Shown here: piece by piece, positions 62,604-64,000 of the stretch | Layout of the letters: every line of letters starts with the position of its first letter | Position numbering within the stretch: position 1 is the first letter of the stretch | DNA from: Candidatus Nomurabacteria bacterium | Lineage (GTDB): Bacteria > Patescibacteriota > Saccharimonadia > Saccharimonadales > HK-STAS-PATE-42 | Length of the DNA stretch: 64,000 nt | Direction of reading: 5' to 3' | Assembly: GCA_023898665.1 (NCBI GenBank) | Contig: CP060233.1 | Location: 484,368 to 548,367, forward strand | The notes under the pieces: model-generated | Database searches by the model: none | Told to the model about the DNA's origin: nothing | The model's input: the letters and a program-made list of their open reading frames with translations, nothing else | Program-made: the position numbers and the translations under genes

Positions 62604-64000
62604 TAACGAACTGCAGCAAAAACTGTTTACGAATCAGCAGCTAAGAGCTGAGGTAACCCGCAAAAGCCATGAATGGTTCTTTGCGACCTACTTTGCCGGG
62701 CACATTAAGTATGCCAATGCACCGCTCCATAAAGATCTATTTCGGATCAGTGAAGACCAAGACCTTGAGCTAGCAGTCATTATGGCCTTTAGAGGTTCTG
62801 CTAAATCGACAATCATGAGCTTGTCGTATCCGATCTGGGCGATCCTTGGCGTACAGCAAAAGAAGTTTGTGCTGATAGCCAGCCAAACACAGTATCAAGC
62901 ACGGGTGCACCTTTTGAATATTAAACGCGAACTTGAAAATAATAAGTTGCTTGAAAACGACCTTGGTCCGTTTATGGAGCAGCGTGAAGAGTGGGGCTCG
63001 ACCTCACTCTTCATACCAAGATTTAACGCCAGGATTACGGCAATATCTGCAGAACAAAGTGTTCGCGGTATCCGTCACGGAGCGCATCGACCAGACCTGA
63101 TCATAGCCGATGACGTTGAAGATACTCAATCGGTAAAGAGCCCGGAAGGTCGCAACAAAACCTATGATTGGTATACGAGCGAAATAATCCCAGCTGGTGA
63201 TCCTGACACAAAGCGAATTGTGGTTGGCAACCTGCTCCATGAGGACTCCCTACTGATGCGGCTCAAAGAGCGAATCGAGCATGGAGATATCGATGGCCAG
63301 TTTATTGAATACCCGATCGCAAAAGATGGCGTATCCTTTTGGCCCGGCAAGTATCCTGATGCGGCTTCGCTAGAGAAGCAACGTCGCTCCGTTGCTAACC
63401 GTATTGCTTGGGAGCGTGAATACATGTTGAATTTAGTTCCCGATGACGAGCAAATCATATCTCGTGACATGATCCACTATTACTCAACACTGCCCGATGC
63501 ACTCCGAGGAGAGTCGACCAGAATTGTTCTGGGAGTAGACCTTGCCATATCTGAAAGCGATAAAGCTGATTTCACCGCGATCATTTCTATTGATGTGAGA
63601 GGCCGTGGCGACAACATGCGAATGTACATTAAACCCTTCCCGGTCAACAAAAGGATGTCATTCAACTCAACGGTTGAAATGCTCAAAGACCTAGACTCCT
63701 TCTATTACCAACCGAAGATCTACATTGAGCAGACAGCTTACCAAGCTGCGGTTGTACAGGTGCTCAAAGCCGATGGGCTTGATGTGCAGGGCGTAACACC
63801 GAAAGCAGATAAACGCTCTCGGCTGAGTATGATCGCCGATAAGATCGAGCGTGGCGTAATTCTGTTCCCTGAAAAAGGTGCAGACATCCTGATAGACCAG
63901 CTAGTAGGATTTGGAATTGAAAAGCATGATGACTTAGTGGACGCCTTAACCATTGCGGTTCTCGAGCATGTGCGAAATACATCGAAGGGTGGAACGTTTT
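62585..64000 (+). CDS. phage terminase large subunit (partial; continues beyond the window end)
   Basis: Absent from the ORF track (no stop inside the window). My translation gives MKMSKNNNELQQKLF...VIMAFRGSAKSTIMS (Walker A-like)...RPDLIIADDVED (Walker B-like)...IVLGVDLAISESDKADFT...GIEKHDDLVDAL (RNase H-like nuclease acidic residues). 472 codons are open to the edge. Confidence 0.8.

Larger units (their letters stand above)
60865..64000 (+). mobile_element. start of a prophage-like or phage-derived packaging module (extends beyond the window)
   Basis: ParB-MTase-like, TerS-like and TerL genes lie in one direction with overlapping stop/start codons. Confidence 0.6.

Noticed and set aside
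1-64000. CRISPR arrays, rRNA genes, retron or DGR reverse transcriptases, transposase genes with terminal inverted repeats
   Set aside because: Scanning intergenic regions and the ORF list showed no regularly spaced short direct repeats, no rRNA-like sequence, no YxDD-containing RT, and no DDE transposase.

Overview
The window appears to come from an AT-rich, compact bacterial genome. PEGA-domain and CSLREA/LAxTG surface proteins, many small membrane ORFs and visible gene decay suggest a Patescibacteria/CPR (Saccharibacteria-like) organism, but this is inference only. Standard genetic code: TGA is used as a stop. All coordinates, alignments and motif calls were made by eye, with no database search or computation. 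Layout: (1) 1-21.8 kb is mostly core (rplK fragment, gltX, typA, an rpe-like gene, PEGA protein, MFS transporter, tRNA-Met, histidine kinase, Crp/Fnr regulator). It is interrupted by GC-richer orphan ORFs and by at least three disrupted genes (DUF2200-like, mpg, a large surface protein). (2) 21.9-36.9 kb is a mosaic accessory region. It holds GC-richer orphan ORFs, tRNA-like fragments, a ParB-methyltransferase plus HTH phage-type module, a large serine recombinase, and a cargo block with an R-x4-H (HEPN-like) protein. (3) 36.9-45.1 kb is a minus-strand copper-homeostasis and cell-wall-hydrolase cluster (CsoR, CPH-type P1B ATPase, cupredoxin, DUF305 x2, DUF3105, CHAP, M23). (4) 46.5-60.5 kb is a defence-type locus: a Type III Mod-Res pair tightly coupled to DUF2779-like and HNH nucleases, an SNF2 helicase with a DUF4391-like partner, and an oppositely oriented 659-aa R-x4-H protein inserted between them. 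(5) 60.7-64.0 kb is the start of a prophage-like packaging module (second ParB-MTase-like gene, small HTH/TerS-like gene, large terminase running off the window). The observations I rate highest: a tRNA-Met-anchored array of three single-gene cassettes bounded by decayed tRNA 3'-end copies; an exact 11-mer (CAAGCTTAAGC) present six times, always fused to a -35-like TTG upstream of minus-strand ORFs; the composite helicase/Type III/nuclease/HEPN locus; and a promoter-like element with a C7 tract in its 17-nt spacer upstream of the surface-protein gene. No CRISPR array, rRNA gene or reverse transcriptase was seen.
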